Part shown: positions 1 to 14,563 of the stretch, piece by piece
How the letters are laid out: each line of letters opens with the position of its first letter
Position numbering within the stretch: position 1 is the first letter of the stretch
DNA from: Microbotryum violaceum
Taxonomy: Eukaryota
Length of the DNA: 64,000 nucleotides
Assembly (NCBI GenBank): GCA_001244265.2
Contig: CDLV01000009.1
Span: forward strand, 868,001 to 932,000
Reading direction: 5' to 3'
Made by a program: the position numbers and the translations under genes
The notes under the pieces: generated by a model
Databases searched by the model: none
What the model was told of the DNA's origin: nothing
The model's input: the letters and a program-made list of their open reading frames with translations, nothing else

Positions 1-1128
1 AGCAGCAGTCAAATCACCGTTGATCACCGATGAAGAGCTTTCAGTGCTATTTTTGAGAAGAGAAGGAAGGGGGCCCGGGGCGTTGAAGGCAGCCACGAGC
101 GCCGGTGCTTGAGCAGCCATTTCCTCCTTCGAGCGCTTTGAATAGAGCACAGAAGGCCAGGGACAGGAGAAGGTCAGTATTCAGGGCAAAATGATATGAT
201 CGTGCAATTTGAGTGAGCAATGTGGCAAGAAGAGGCCGCAAAGTTATGCGCTGTCGCGGAGGCTGCGAGCATTCTAGAAGTCCCGTGACGGGACAGCGGA
301 GCGCCGAACGCGTCGATCGACGCGCCCAAACAGCGAGCAATGCGCGCCGCAACACGACGGGCAGCCAATACAGCCATTGCAGCCCTCCAAAAACCCTGGC
401 GAGCTGGGGCAACCCGGAAATGGCGATACACGTCGATGTCACAGATAAGACACTCGGGGCACTTAATCAAGTGACCACTCGGATCCAGATCTGAAAATCG
501 CATAGATCCAGCGAGAGCAGCACGCGAGGCGAAACGCCAAAGTCGGGCCGGCCCGCCAGGCGTGGAGGACATGATAGCCACAGGACGCACGCACACGCAT
601 CGCATCGCATCGGGATAGCATGGCGAACCTTCGATGACGGAACACTGTCGCGCATCATCATCACTACATTGACGGCATTCCATCCCAGCAGCCAGCGCAC
701 TTCGGTGGGCAAATCGGCTCGGTCGATCCGGCTCGCTTCGACGGAGTCGTCGCAGTTCGACCGTGCTTGGGTGCTCGGGTGCTGGGGCTGCTGCAGCAGC
801 AGACGAAGGCCGGTGCCGCGCACGATATACCAAGAGCACACACAAAGGCTCACACCACACTCCCCACACAGGCTCGACAGCGCAAGCTGCAACTCACCTC
901 GATTGTACCGTTCTCGCCTTGTTCGCGAACGACAAACCCTTCGCCGGTGGCTTTCTCGGCGACAATCGTCGTCACCGTCGGGTTCGAGGGCAGCGACGAG
1001 GTCGAGGACGACGCGTTGGCGGGCTCAGCAGCGCTCGAGGCCTGCTCGGGACCCGGGGCCGAGGACGTCGACAACGCGGGGTCTACAGCATCCTGGGCAA
1101 CAGCGGAGGACGGATCGGTCGACAACAT
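1..1128 (-). CDS. Hypothetical protein, partial (runs off the left edge)
   Basis: ATG at 1128 opens a 77-codon exon (MLSTDPSSAV...GENGTIE) ending at a GAG|GTGAGT donor (898/897). A possible acceptor lies near 47. Intermediate exons are unresolved and no family was recognised. Confidence 0.35.
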
Positions 1129-2170
1129 GGCGCAGGGCAAGTGCGCGTCGTCACAACCGTCTTTTGTGGATCCCGCACAGCAGCGAACAGGTGGGATTGG
1201 GTGGGTGTGCAGGATGGGGAACGCAGACGTCTGCGCGTCTACGCGCGCCGACTGGTCCAATATTCGATAGACCAATATTGGCCTGCAGTGGCCTGTGGAC
1301 AAAACATATCGCCAATCTTCGTACATTGACCGAGGTCATTCTCGGGCACAGTTTTCCTACAAGCTTCCTCGCCCTTGACGCGTTCAAGACGTCGAGTCTA
1401 GCCAGATCTGACTGTCCTTCGCAAAGTCGATCAGGAATCGACAAAGTAAGAAGAAGTAACTCAGGGCGCGCCCGGATGCGGGCAGGTACGTGGTGTGTGT
1501 GTTCAGGAGGTGGAAACAACGTAGGGCTGTGATAGACACTAGGTCATTCCAGTTACATAGTACTCCAAAGCCTTACTGGAACAAAGCGGCGTCGGCTTGG
1601 AGAGGAGTCCTCCCGAGCTATCTATCGGTCGACTGAACCCGAGGTCGTCCCAAGGTGGAGCAACAAGAGGTGTACAACGTTGAATTTGGTGTCGGTAAAG
1701 GTCTTGATGTCTATGTTACGGTGTTCGATCACGACCTAATTAATCAGACGTGTTGTGGAGAGACCAGGAAGGCGTGTTTTCCCTTGCGAATGTTCGGAAT
1801 GCCGATCTCATTGTTTCGGCCGAGCAGATCTGCCTTTGCCCGTCCTAAAGCGAGCAAGGTGGGAAGGGGGTGGAGAGAGGGGTCAATTAGGGGTCCGTGC
1901 GCGGACACTGCCCTTGAGCACTCACCTTCGGTGCGCCTGGTACATGCAGGCTGGCGCGTAGGGTTCTCGGGATTTGATTTCACCACTCCCCAGATATCTT
2001 AAACTTTGACACAGGTATGCGGCGACCTTTGGTATCGAGGTCGAGCTGAGCCAACTCCGAGCCGAGTTCAATCTCGACGAGAGGATTCCCACTCGCTTCC
2101 CTGTTACGCGGAACGCCGTCTTCAGATTGACCATCTCCAGCTTGAAGGATGCTTATGCGTCCATTTGTGG

Positions 2171-2581
2171 TTAAACATACATTGTACCATCCGATTCGTC
2201 CCGTATTGAGTCTTCCGAATCGCCCAGCCGCGGCTCGGCATCACCCTTCGCGGGCACACTGGCGATTCCGGCATCGACGTCCCCATCCTCCTCTTCCTCC
2301 TCCACATCCCCCCCATCCGGATGAATCTCATTCCACACTCTCATCTCATCCTTCCACAGCGTCCTGACACAAGGCTTGCACGAACTACCGCAGCAATCCC
2401 ATGGGTCCGGTTCGCGAGGCGGTTTCGCACCCCTTGCGGCTTGCAGCAACTGTTGCAACCGGATTGGCGCGAGACGACCCCTCTTCAGCTTGACGAGAAA
2501 AGGAGACCGCTCATATAGCTCCGAGTCGTCCAGTTTGGAAGCGAGGAACCGGTACGACGCCGGGCCGGCGAGGTGCACAAG
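2171..2581 (-). CDS. Oxidoreductase-like N-terminal domain protein (Oxidored-like/OXLD1 family); last exon only, 5' end unresolved
   Basis: Motif PPREPDPWDCCGSSCKPCVRTLWKDEMRVW followed by an acidic tail. TAG acceptor at 2584-2582 and a GTAAGT donor near 2694. Confidence 0.8.
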   Translation of the reverse strand, partial: LVHLAGPASYRFLASKLDDSELYERSPFLVKLKRGRLAPIRLQQLLQAARGAKPPREPDPWDCCGSSCKPCVRTLWKDEMRVWNEIHPDGGDVEEEEEDGDVDAGIASVPAKGDAEPRLGDSEDSIRDESDGTMYV

Positions 2582-2729
2582 CTAGTCGCGAGCTCGGGGA
2601 GCGGCGAGAGGAGGGCCGGCAGCGCCGTCTTCCCTTCGATTTTGACCGTCACCGTGACCTATGCCATTGCAGGCCATTGCACGCCCCCACTTACCGCTCT
2701 CGAGGCCCGCCTTGGATCGCAGTGAGCGC

Positions 2730-4266
2730 ATGAGCTCGTTGCAGGGCTGGTTCGAGACCGATGACCGCGACACCAGGCTAGGCCTGCAAGTGCTCAACAG
2801 TTACGGCATCACACGAGGTTGGTCTGCTCCCTCGTCAATGGGTCACGTGGTCATAGCGGGCGGGCCCGACGCCCGACGTCCAGATGTTGACATCCCCTGA
2901 GGCCCCTGCCTAGATGTCGAACTCGCCTTCGTGAATATCACCCACCTCGCACCTCATCCCGATCTGACACCTCGGATCTTGCAACAACTGCATCAGCGTG
3001 CGATATCGCGGCTCGCAGCCGAACCGATCGCTGGCTTGAGTCTGGTCGAGCAATTCCTAGATGACGACCCGGAACATGCAGAGTTACCCGGACCATCGTC
3101 AAGAATAATCAGCTCGACCATTCCAGACCTTGATGAGCTGTTGCAAGGAGGTTGGAAGCGAAGCGAGCTGATCGAGATCGCCGGCCCTCGAGCTTCTGGC
3201 CGACACTTGCTCCTCTTGCACGCGATGCTGCACGATCTGGCCGTGAACCCTACCCATCGAGCCCTCTACGTTCATTCGGGATCCCTCAACGTCCAACGCT
3301 GCCTCCTAGTGCTCATGTCCATCATCGAAGGGCTTCGATCTCGTGGCGCCTCGTTCACTCGAGAAGAAGACGGCGCCCACGTCGACACCCAAGAATTCGC
3401 AGTGGATATTCTTAGGCGCTTGTCCGTGGCTCAACCGACCCTGTCACCCCAACAAGCACTTGAGCATGTGGAGGCTGAACTAGGTCGAACAGACATTGAT
3501 GAGTCGCTTGCTCTATCATGTATAGTCATCGATCCGATCGATGCCCTGCTGGGAGGAAAGATTCTCTCCGATAAGTCTGCAAAGGGTAAGTCGGGGCGTG
3601 ACAATACGGATCATGGTAGCTCTCGTGATGCCCCTTCTTGTGCCTTACTTGCACTTAATCCTTATCCCCAACTTTGTCACCAGGGTACGCCATGATGGTG
3701 ACTTTCATGGGCAGATTGAAAGAGATCACTTCTTCGGCAAAAGATCGGCCCGTCGTCTTTGTACGTCCGAGAAGACAAAATAACTCATTCCTCGAGCGTT
3801 CCCTGCTAATTAACCAACGCTAATTAACCAATAACCCACCTCTCAGCTTATCAACTCGGGCAGTGCACCTTCATCATCCACCAACAGCGCCAGCGGAGTA
3901 TCCCGTGTTTCCATCTTTCCCACCAACCTTCCTCACCCATCAGCGCCACCTCCATCAGCCCTCCGACCCTCTTTAGGCACGACCTTCACCTACCTCACGG
4001 ACATGACGCTCTGGTTAACCCGCGCGGATCATATCTGGACTTCGATAGGATCATCTACTACGCCAATCAAAACAAGATTCGTGATTGAGCTGGTTAGGAG
4101 TAGAAGAGGCGAATCGGGGGGATGGACGATGTTTCAATCGGTGAGTGTAATCCGTAGAGCCCTTATATGTCATGAGTGAAGTGGGCTGAGTTACATTCGA
4201 TGTCATCATTGACACAGCCGGATGGGATTTCTCTCCTCCCCGAAGAATGAATGGGAGTGCTCGTGA
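2730..4266 (+). CDS. RAD51 paralog (RAD51D-like RecA-fold protein), about 5 exons
   Basis: Exon 1 MSSLQGWF...SYGITR joins DVELAF in frame. Motifs STIPDLDELLQGGWKRSELIEIAGPRASGRH (Walker A region), CIVIDPI (Walker B), GYAMMVTFMGRLKEI and LRPSLGTTFTYLTDMTLWL. TGA at 4264-4266. Confidence 0.8.
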
Positions 4267-4363
4267 TAATGCTTCGGCATGGATCCTCTCAAGAGCCATC
4301 CGTAAAACACTGTTGTAATAGAATCGACTAATGCAAAGAAATGGCAGAAATGTAAAGCATGCG

Positions 4364-6982
4364 TCAACCAATCTCAAGTTGCTGCATTGACTTGTCCAAC
4401 GCCGCCGCCGCGTTCTCTTTCTCCTCCTTCCACATCTCAGCGACCCTTTTGAACACTTCATCCTGCTTAATCCCCGGACTCTCTTGGCGGACTCGAGGGC
4501 TCATAGCCTGTGGCCAGCGAATAATCTCTCAATTCATGCGACTGCGAACTGAAATGGGGGCTCATTAACTCACCGCAAGGTAATTCTGCCATGCCGTCTT
4601 CTTCGCGGGTGTTCTTCTCATGCCGCCTAGAGCACCTTTCTCATGCCCGTCGGCGTCAATTTCCACCAGTCGACTTCCACATGGACACCCATGGGTCATC
4701 GTGTCAATTGACCTAGAGTGGCGTTGGAAGCTAAGCTCTCCTCCGTACGTGGAGTCGTCAGTGATCATTCAGCAAGGTCTTCAGTATCGGAGCTTGCAGC
4801 AGAGGGACCTACATCTTCTGACAATCCAGCGATAGGCATCTCCAGCGGTACTTGTACGTGATCTGGTACGAATGCGTCGTGGTGACTTCGATATCGGGCC
4901 TGGCTGCCATCACTCGGGCGGCCCACAACTTGAAGGCTCTGTAATACCGAGAAGTATTGTCAGACGTTTACATCAGGCACTAAAGACGGCGTGAATCCCG
5001 CTCACTTTCCATGTGGCGGACTAAGCTCATTACTAATCACCCAGGCCGCAAGATGACACAACTCATGCGCCAGCGTATTGTTGAGCTTCATGACCGAATC
5101 AACGACCTTGACGCTCAACTCGATCGAGCTGATCTGCTCAACAGGGTGAGACGCTCGATCAGCTCGATCACCATCCTTCGTCGTCGACGTCTTCGTTCGT
5201 TTCCAAGAGGCTCTTCCGGCGGTCTTGAGTAGTTTCTTATTCCAGATGATGTCAACGTCCGCTGGGAGACCCCGGCTCGCGGTCGAGGACGATACTGCAG
5301 ACTCGCCGAAACTCGGTCGGATCGAGGTAGCACTTGAGTAGTAGCGGGAAAAGACCGATTGGTTCAACTCGGCGATCAACTCGAAAGGCAATCGGTCGCG
5401 CTGCTTGGCCGTCAGCAGATTCGTGGCAGCTCTGCGCGGGGTCGATTTGGCCGTCTTGTCTGCTGACTTTGACGATCGTGGTGTTGATGGCGTCAGGTAT
5501 TGACTGAGCGGCGTCTTGTTCCGGAAACGAGTCGGTAGATCTTCCTCTCCGTCCCCTTCCTCATCACTAGAGCACATTGTAGTGGTCAGGTCCATCTCGG
5601 CCTGTCGAATGCTTTTTTGGCCTTTCGCATTCGACTTTGGCGCGGGAGTGGAGATCAGTGTCGTCGATAGCTTTTTGGGGCGCGAAGGCGTTCGTGTTGG
5701 GATGCTGCAAGTGCAAGATGGGTGAAATGACATGGAAAATGGGTACGTCAACTAGAGTAGACCTGAGCCTCTCAAGGGCGACGCGACCACTTACAAGCTG
5801 ATCACCCCGGCATCGGGATCGAACTCCGATTCCGGCTCTTCCACTTCGAGACCGAGCTCGACAGACCGCTCAACTTCCTCTGACGTAGAGTTAGCACTAT
5901 CTGAATCGGAGAGGACAAGGACCTCGATCCCGGGCTTCTTGCTCTCGGCGAGCAGTCTTCCGTGGCGGGACAAAGAGACATCCGAACGGTGGACATCGAC
6001 CGGACTGGTGCTCGCGCCTTGGCGTCGGACCGATCTTACTTCTCGAGTAGAAGGAGTCTGAGAGAGAGGTAGTCTCGGCACCTTTTTCGGTGTCTCTCTG
6101 CGAAAAGCGAGCAAAAAGTACATCAGTACTCGCGCCTGTGTGTAGAGTCTTCTGCGCTACCTCTTACCTGATGGTCAGTCGACCTAGGCCCTGAGTAATC
6201 GGCGGTGCATGGTCATCTTTTGTGTGATCTTCTTCATCGGACGAATCGTCGAGCGTGTAGATGGTGAAAGGCTCGTTTTTGCTCACAGTCTCGACCCGCG
6301 ACTTTTCGCCGATCGGACTCGAGCATCTCCGAGACGTTGGTGCAGAGGGTGCTTTGTTGCTTGAGACCTTTATATTGGACGAGTCAATATTTGCTGGATA
6401 ACTCGGTCCCTCCTTCGAAAAGAGCTCTGCCAGACCATTCTCGCCCTTGTTGTCGATCCCCTGCGTATTCGGAGGCGAAGGAGGGAACAAAAGGTCTGCG
6501 AGCGAAGGCGCGCTGCCATTGCCATGAGTCACCGAGTTCGGCACAGCCTCTTGGGAATCTGGAATCGAAGTCGGACTTGATGATATTTCTGTTCCCGAGA
6601 GTGCTCTCAGACGAGGGGATCGACGAACGGCTTTAGGGCTTGGATCCCGGCGATGAAATTGTATTGAGCCCGTTGGCGGCGGCGTCGGCGTTGAATGACC
6701 TGATCCAACTCCGACGTCGAGCGAGCCCGAGCGAGAGCTTGAGCTGCTCCCACAGTCGGTGGAGCACGTAAATTGATCCAGCAACTTTCCCGAAGAATCA
6801 GAAATGGCCTTGCTTGTAATGGACGTTCGTACAGCCGTATCCGAGTTCGTGCAATTCATTATCTGAAGAGGCTCCGATTTGGGGGCGGTGATCGCTGGGA
6901 GCTGCTGACGAGAAAGTACAGCTATCCACGGTGTGGGCAGTTCGCCATCCGAGTCAGCATCCGAGTCAGATATCCGAAGCAT
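4364..6982 (-). CDS. SprT-like metalloprotease (GCNA/ACRC type) with disordered N-terminus, Zn-binding segment and C-terminal HMG-box-like helix
   Basis: WNKKLLKTAGRA, IELSVKVVDS, TLAHELCHLAAW (HExxH), PPHGK|AFKLWA, TTTHSYQITYKYRWRC, CPCG and QDEVFKRVAEMWKEEK. Ser/Asp-rich N-terminal exons. Confidence 0.85.
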
Positions 6983-7085
6983 CGATGCGGTCTAAGAGGG
7001 TTGACCTGATAGTCAGCATCGGGGTGAATGTCAAGAGTGAGACCACCGTAGGCCTAAGGCGATCAAGTCACGTCGAGGCGCGCCG

Positions 7086-7184
7086 GCCCAAGTATTGCCC
7101 AAGTAGGCCCAAGCTTGCCCAAGAGTGCCCAAGTAGCACAAGCAGGCACACAAACAGGCACACAAGGCACAAGATCCAAGATCC
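7086..7184. repeat. Imperfect 10-bp tandem repeat (GCCCAAGnnn x5) followed by GGCACACAA-like repeats
   Basis: GCCCAAG at 7086, 7097, 7107, 7117 and 7127. Confidence 0.85.
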
Positions 7185-7412
7185 GCACGCGTGCCACGCA
7201 GTGACATCTTGCGTCGACTCAGTCAATAGCAAGCGAATTGTATTGCAAATTATTGTTATTGCAGGTTTTGTAAGTCACTCCTCCGAGAATGAGACAAGGG
7301 TAGGAAGAAAGGGGGGAGAGGACCACAACTCAAGACGATCTAGATACAGAAGGAAATAAGCCTACGACTCGCCGACAGTTGGCCGACCCACGCCTAGGTT
7401 CTTCTGTTGTAC

Positions 7413-10011
<2,599 letters not shown>

Positions 10012-10683
10012 ATTGGTGGTCGTTCGGGGTGGGGTGAGGAGGGAGTGAAGGAGTGGTCGACAAGAAAGCGGAACGTGGAGTGGTAGGTGGCAAAGCGCCC
10101 GCTCAGCGGCGGCCCGCGTGTGGGCTCGTGTGGGGTGGGCTACTCACGGCCTAGATTTTGGCCGGCTGAGGGCAGCGCTTGCCTTTGGCACAGGACGAGG
10201 GCCCACGTCATTTGGAATCGATCAGCGCTGTCAACCGCACCCCGCCGCACCCAGCATGAAACACTCTGCTCCCGAGTAGTCTTCGCTTAAATTTAATCGC
10301 TTCGATTTAATCGCTTCGCAGGTCAGAGCGCATACATTCAGCTTGTCCCCAACAAGCCATTGCTGTGTTCCACCCGGCTTGCATCTTGAAGGTTCACTAT
10401 GCCTTGCAGAGGTTTACTTGCCCAGCTTGACAGGTATATCAGGATTCAGCCCGGACGGGCCCCCTCGGCCCTCTGTGGCCTGCCACACCGTGCCTGGCGT
10501 TCACGGCGTCAACGCAGGGGCACAGTTGGCTGTACAAACGATGGACACTGTCGATCGGCATCACAGCATACCTACAGCCGACATAATTTCACGAGAGTAT
10601 GGGGTTAAATTTCCATATCCCAGGAATCTGCTTCATCGATCGGAGTGCGCTCAGGGGAATCTTCACGATGAATTCTGAGCACT

Positions 10684-10765
10684 TGGTGGTCCAGCGGATC
10701 TAGTGTTTGTTGAATTATGTCTTTGAACAAGACTAGCTGAAATTTATGACTTAGAACTTATAACC
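10684..10765 (+). repeat. Copy of a short dispersed repeat (also at 43609-43697, diverged at 36745-36817)
   Basis: 63/69 identity by eye between 10684-10752 and 43609-43677. Confidence 0.85.
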
Positions 10766-11084
10766 ATCACCCTACGGACAGCTACGGACCGGCCTTCCCC
10801 GCCCTTCCCGTGCACCCGACTCCTGACTTTTTGCTCCGCTCTACATGTATCACTAGATGTACCTTCCTGCCGCTCATAATTCAAGCTCTTCCAGCCCCTT
10901 TCTGATTCATCTACCCGGCCACATCTCGTCGGAACTGTTTCACGCCTACATCACGCATCATAGAGGCGCGACCACCACGAGGTTCTTGGCGATACGCACT
11001 GCAGCCGATACCCCGACTTGGTTACTGGCCTCTTGAAAGCGTGAGACACTCGCAACTGGTAGACGACGACAGTTTCAATCCGCA

Positions 11085-12161
11085 ATGACCAGCATACTCT
11101 CGACTCCGCCCTCGACGTGCAGCGACTCGCAATCAATCGCCATCTTCGGCTACGGGTCCCTCCTCTTCAAACCACCACCATACGAACTCGAATCGGAAGC
11201 AGGGTATATCAAAGGCTTCAAGCGGAGGTTCGCACAAGATTCACACGATCATCGCGGAACACCGGAGAATCCGGGTCGAGGTTCGTCGCCGAGTCGCGGA
11301 GACGGCTTTTGCTTCGTCCAGAGCTAGCTGCTCAAGTCTTTCTGCACTTTTTGGACCCCAGTGGTCACTTTGGTCACAGAAGAGGACTGGGAACTGCATC
11401 GAAGGGTGAGACAATTCGGGTGCTGTGAGCACTCCAAGATCGGGCCCAGTGCCACCAGTTTGTATCGGTCACGTGACGAGGCACTTTTAACACATCGGTT
11501 GTCACACCAAAGGACGAGCCCGCAGAATCAGGTTATGTATGGGGTCAGTTACATCAGACCTTTGATCCTATGCCCGAAACCTTGTCGCTAAATACCCGCC
11601 CTCCTCCTCGGAACAGGTCGAGTCTACCGGATACCACCGTCCCAAGCGACCGAGATTTGGGCCTATTTGGATCATCGTGAGAAGGATGGATACACACAAC
11701 GCCAAGTCGATGTATACGGGCTCGACGCTCAAGGACAGGAAATCGTTATCGAGCACAGTGTGGGCCGGCTCCGAGGCATCGATCAGATTTCAGTGATCGG
11801 TTCCCCCGCTGATGATCAGGTTCTTTGATGTGGAGACAGTGTCGAGTCTACGTCGGAGAACTCGACAATCCCTCCTTTGCAGGAGGGACACCGATGCGAG
11901 AACTGGCCGGGAGGATAGCTACTGCGCACGGGCCAAGTGGGCCGAATAAAGTACGTCGAGCGAGTCCGATCCTTTCCTCGCTTCCTCCGGGCGACGAAGA
12001 CTGATCACTCTCGTCCAAACTCGGCTTCTCTGTAGGAATACCTCTACCTAATGACGCGAGCCGTCCGGGAACTTGGTCCCGACGCAAACGACGAGTATTT
12101 AGAACAACTTGAGGGGCTAGTTCACGAGATCGATCCAGACTGGAAGATCGGCGAAGCTTAG
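11085..12161 (+). CDS. GCG1: Glutathione-specific gamma-glutamylcyclotransferase (ChaC family)
   Basis: [47 protein letters not shown] and [15 protein letters not shown] at 12159-12161. Confidence 0.92.
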
Positions 12162-14563
12162 GTCTGGCGTGGGAACACGATCTCGGGTATTGCCGTCGTC
12201 TCAAATCGCAAAGATGCCCTCGGCGTGATCTGATACCCGCATACCCGTGACCTCCTTCTGGAGAGCGCACACTCACGCCACCCCCCTATTTCCGGAAACA
12301 TCGCGTCCCTCGCAATGTTGTTATTGCAAGACCCAAGAACAAGCTAGTGCACAAGATAGCTAAGAAGGGAGATAAAAAACAACGAGCGAAAGCTGGATAT
12401 GATTAGTGCCGTTTGTGCCGCAAGAGTGAGAAGGGGGTGTGGGTGTGGGTGTACGAGAGAAACTGTCCATCGGCAATGTGAAAGAGGAGAGAGGTAGGGT
12501 GAAGTTCCGGGTCCAGGGAAAAGCCTCCATCCAGTATCGAGGCCTTCTCGATCTCAATTTTTACAAGAGATATATCCCACCCGCGACGCCGAGAAGGAGA
12601 CTTCCGGACAAGAGGAGTGATCCGCCGAAAGGGGCCTTGATCGACGAAGTCGCCCCGACAACCTGGGAATAAAGCGAAATTTTCCATCAGTCCGGAAAAA
12701 TGAATATCCCGGGTCCCAAAATTGCATTTTTCTACCTGAAGGTGGGTGGGGTCAGGTTGGAGGTTGCCGGTGGTCCCGCTGGCCGGGCTATAGACAGTCC
12801 CGGTGGGAGATACAGTTGCGACGGGGACCGTATATACAAAGCTGTCCGTGAGGTTCCCAGCACCGCCCGAATTGATGATGGTCGTAACACTGTGAACAGG
12901 AGGATGATGGTCAGGGTCCTGAATGCAGGTCGGCGTCCGAAATCGTCGACGCGCGTGCGCGCTGTCCAGATCGCCGAAAGGGGCATGTCGTCGGTGCGCC
13001 TGTGAGCCTGAGGGCTCAGCGCCACAGCACGTGACGCATGCCCTATCGGATTACCCGCTCGCTTCCCTCAGGTTGCCCGACACTCGTCTTCACCGTCGTT
13101 GAGGGTCCTGCCGGTGCTTGGAGACTTCTACTCACGCTCCGGGAATCGGCGCTTGTCCTGTCGGCAGGGCTGAGCCTACTGTAGGCGCGGAGAAGAAGGG
13201 GATGGGCGAAGAAGATGTGCTGGAGGTGGAGGCGGCGGCAGCTGAAGTAGCAGCTGCTACAGACGTTGTTGTTTGAGGATTCTGGAACGGGGAGCGAGGT
13301 ATGATCAGCAACGCTGTTGGCTTCCCGTCCTCAGGATCTGAAGAGCGACTCGGCCGCTCAGACGACACCGATGGCCCCGGGGCCCGGTGTTTCGTCGGCG
13401 ACTGAGGGCGCGGCGTCATTCGCCCGCGACCAAGCTACGAAAAACCGGCATCGCGTGAACACGTACAGAGACAGAGACACATGCAAAGGCGACAAACAGG
13501 GCGACAAGTGAAGAGCGCATCGGATTTTGTGTAAGGTTTCGTTGCGAGTGTGGCGTCGGTGTACAGTGCGGGAAGTGAGTGTATGGAGAGATTGCCGCCG
13601 TCGCATCGGCTTGTCGCGCCCCGCGACTGCCCCGCGGTGGTCCCGCGGTCGTGCCCGTGCTCGGTCGCCGGCGCAGGGGCAGCTATGGAGCTCTGCAGCT
13701 GGAGCGCGCCAGCTGGGACGCTGGGGCCCCAAGGTTCGCCATTTGATGCGTCTACGCCGGCGGTGTTCTACCGCAGTGTCCGTTAGAAAAGGTACAAGAT
13801 TTCACTGCTGCACAAGCTCGTATCTTTGGTGTAGTGACTGTTTCGAGGCGGGACTGGCACAGGTGAAAGCTCTCGCGATGCTTTCCCGAAGTGATACTGA
13901 CCACGAAATACATCAGATGTTAGAGCGCTTGGAAGATGAAATTGTTCGCGGCATTGACGGGCTAATGAAGCGCGTAATTCGCTACACCGAGACCTCTCTT
14001 CGTCAGATCGAGTTTTAGATGCTCAAAAATGCATGCATTAGCAAGAGAGTCTACAGCTTGCTACAAACGTAGATGGAACGAATCGCTTCTGGTCGGCAAC
14101 ATGCGTTTCGGGAAGAAGCGCTCGGTTCGGGCGTCACACCACCCCAGTCCCAGGAAGCCTTGATGGGATACATGCAGTCACGCTTCCAGATTACACACAA
14201 AAAGCAACTGGTGTGTCACGTCACCGAGATGAATAGAATGGGTGAACAGACAATCAGACTCAGCGTACGGTGGCGGATGGCCCGAGCCTTACGTTCAAGC
14301 TACGAAAAAATGGGTGTAAGTTAATACAGAACTGGGATTTGAATGGTCCGCGCGCAATCGTGCGAGACGGTCGGACTGGTTTGGAGCACAGAAAGTCGAG
14401 ACTGAACGCTATCAGACGGTATCCGCAGACACGGCGAAGCTCGCAAGTGCCGGTCATCAAGCACTGGAGTCCATCACAGCCGTGGAGGAAGTAAAAATAA
14501 TGGTGCATGGTGCCAGTGTGGTTGGCGTTTGGGATGTCAATCAGTCGGACAATAGGGAGAAGC

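Noticed and set aside
1540-2173. Exon-like plus-strand segments (QQEVYNVEFG...; YAATFGIEVEL...ASICG*)
   Set aside because: No consistent start or splice model, an in-frame stop upstream and no recognisable homology.
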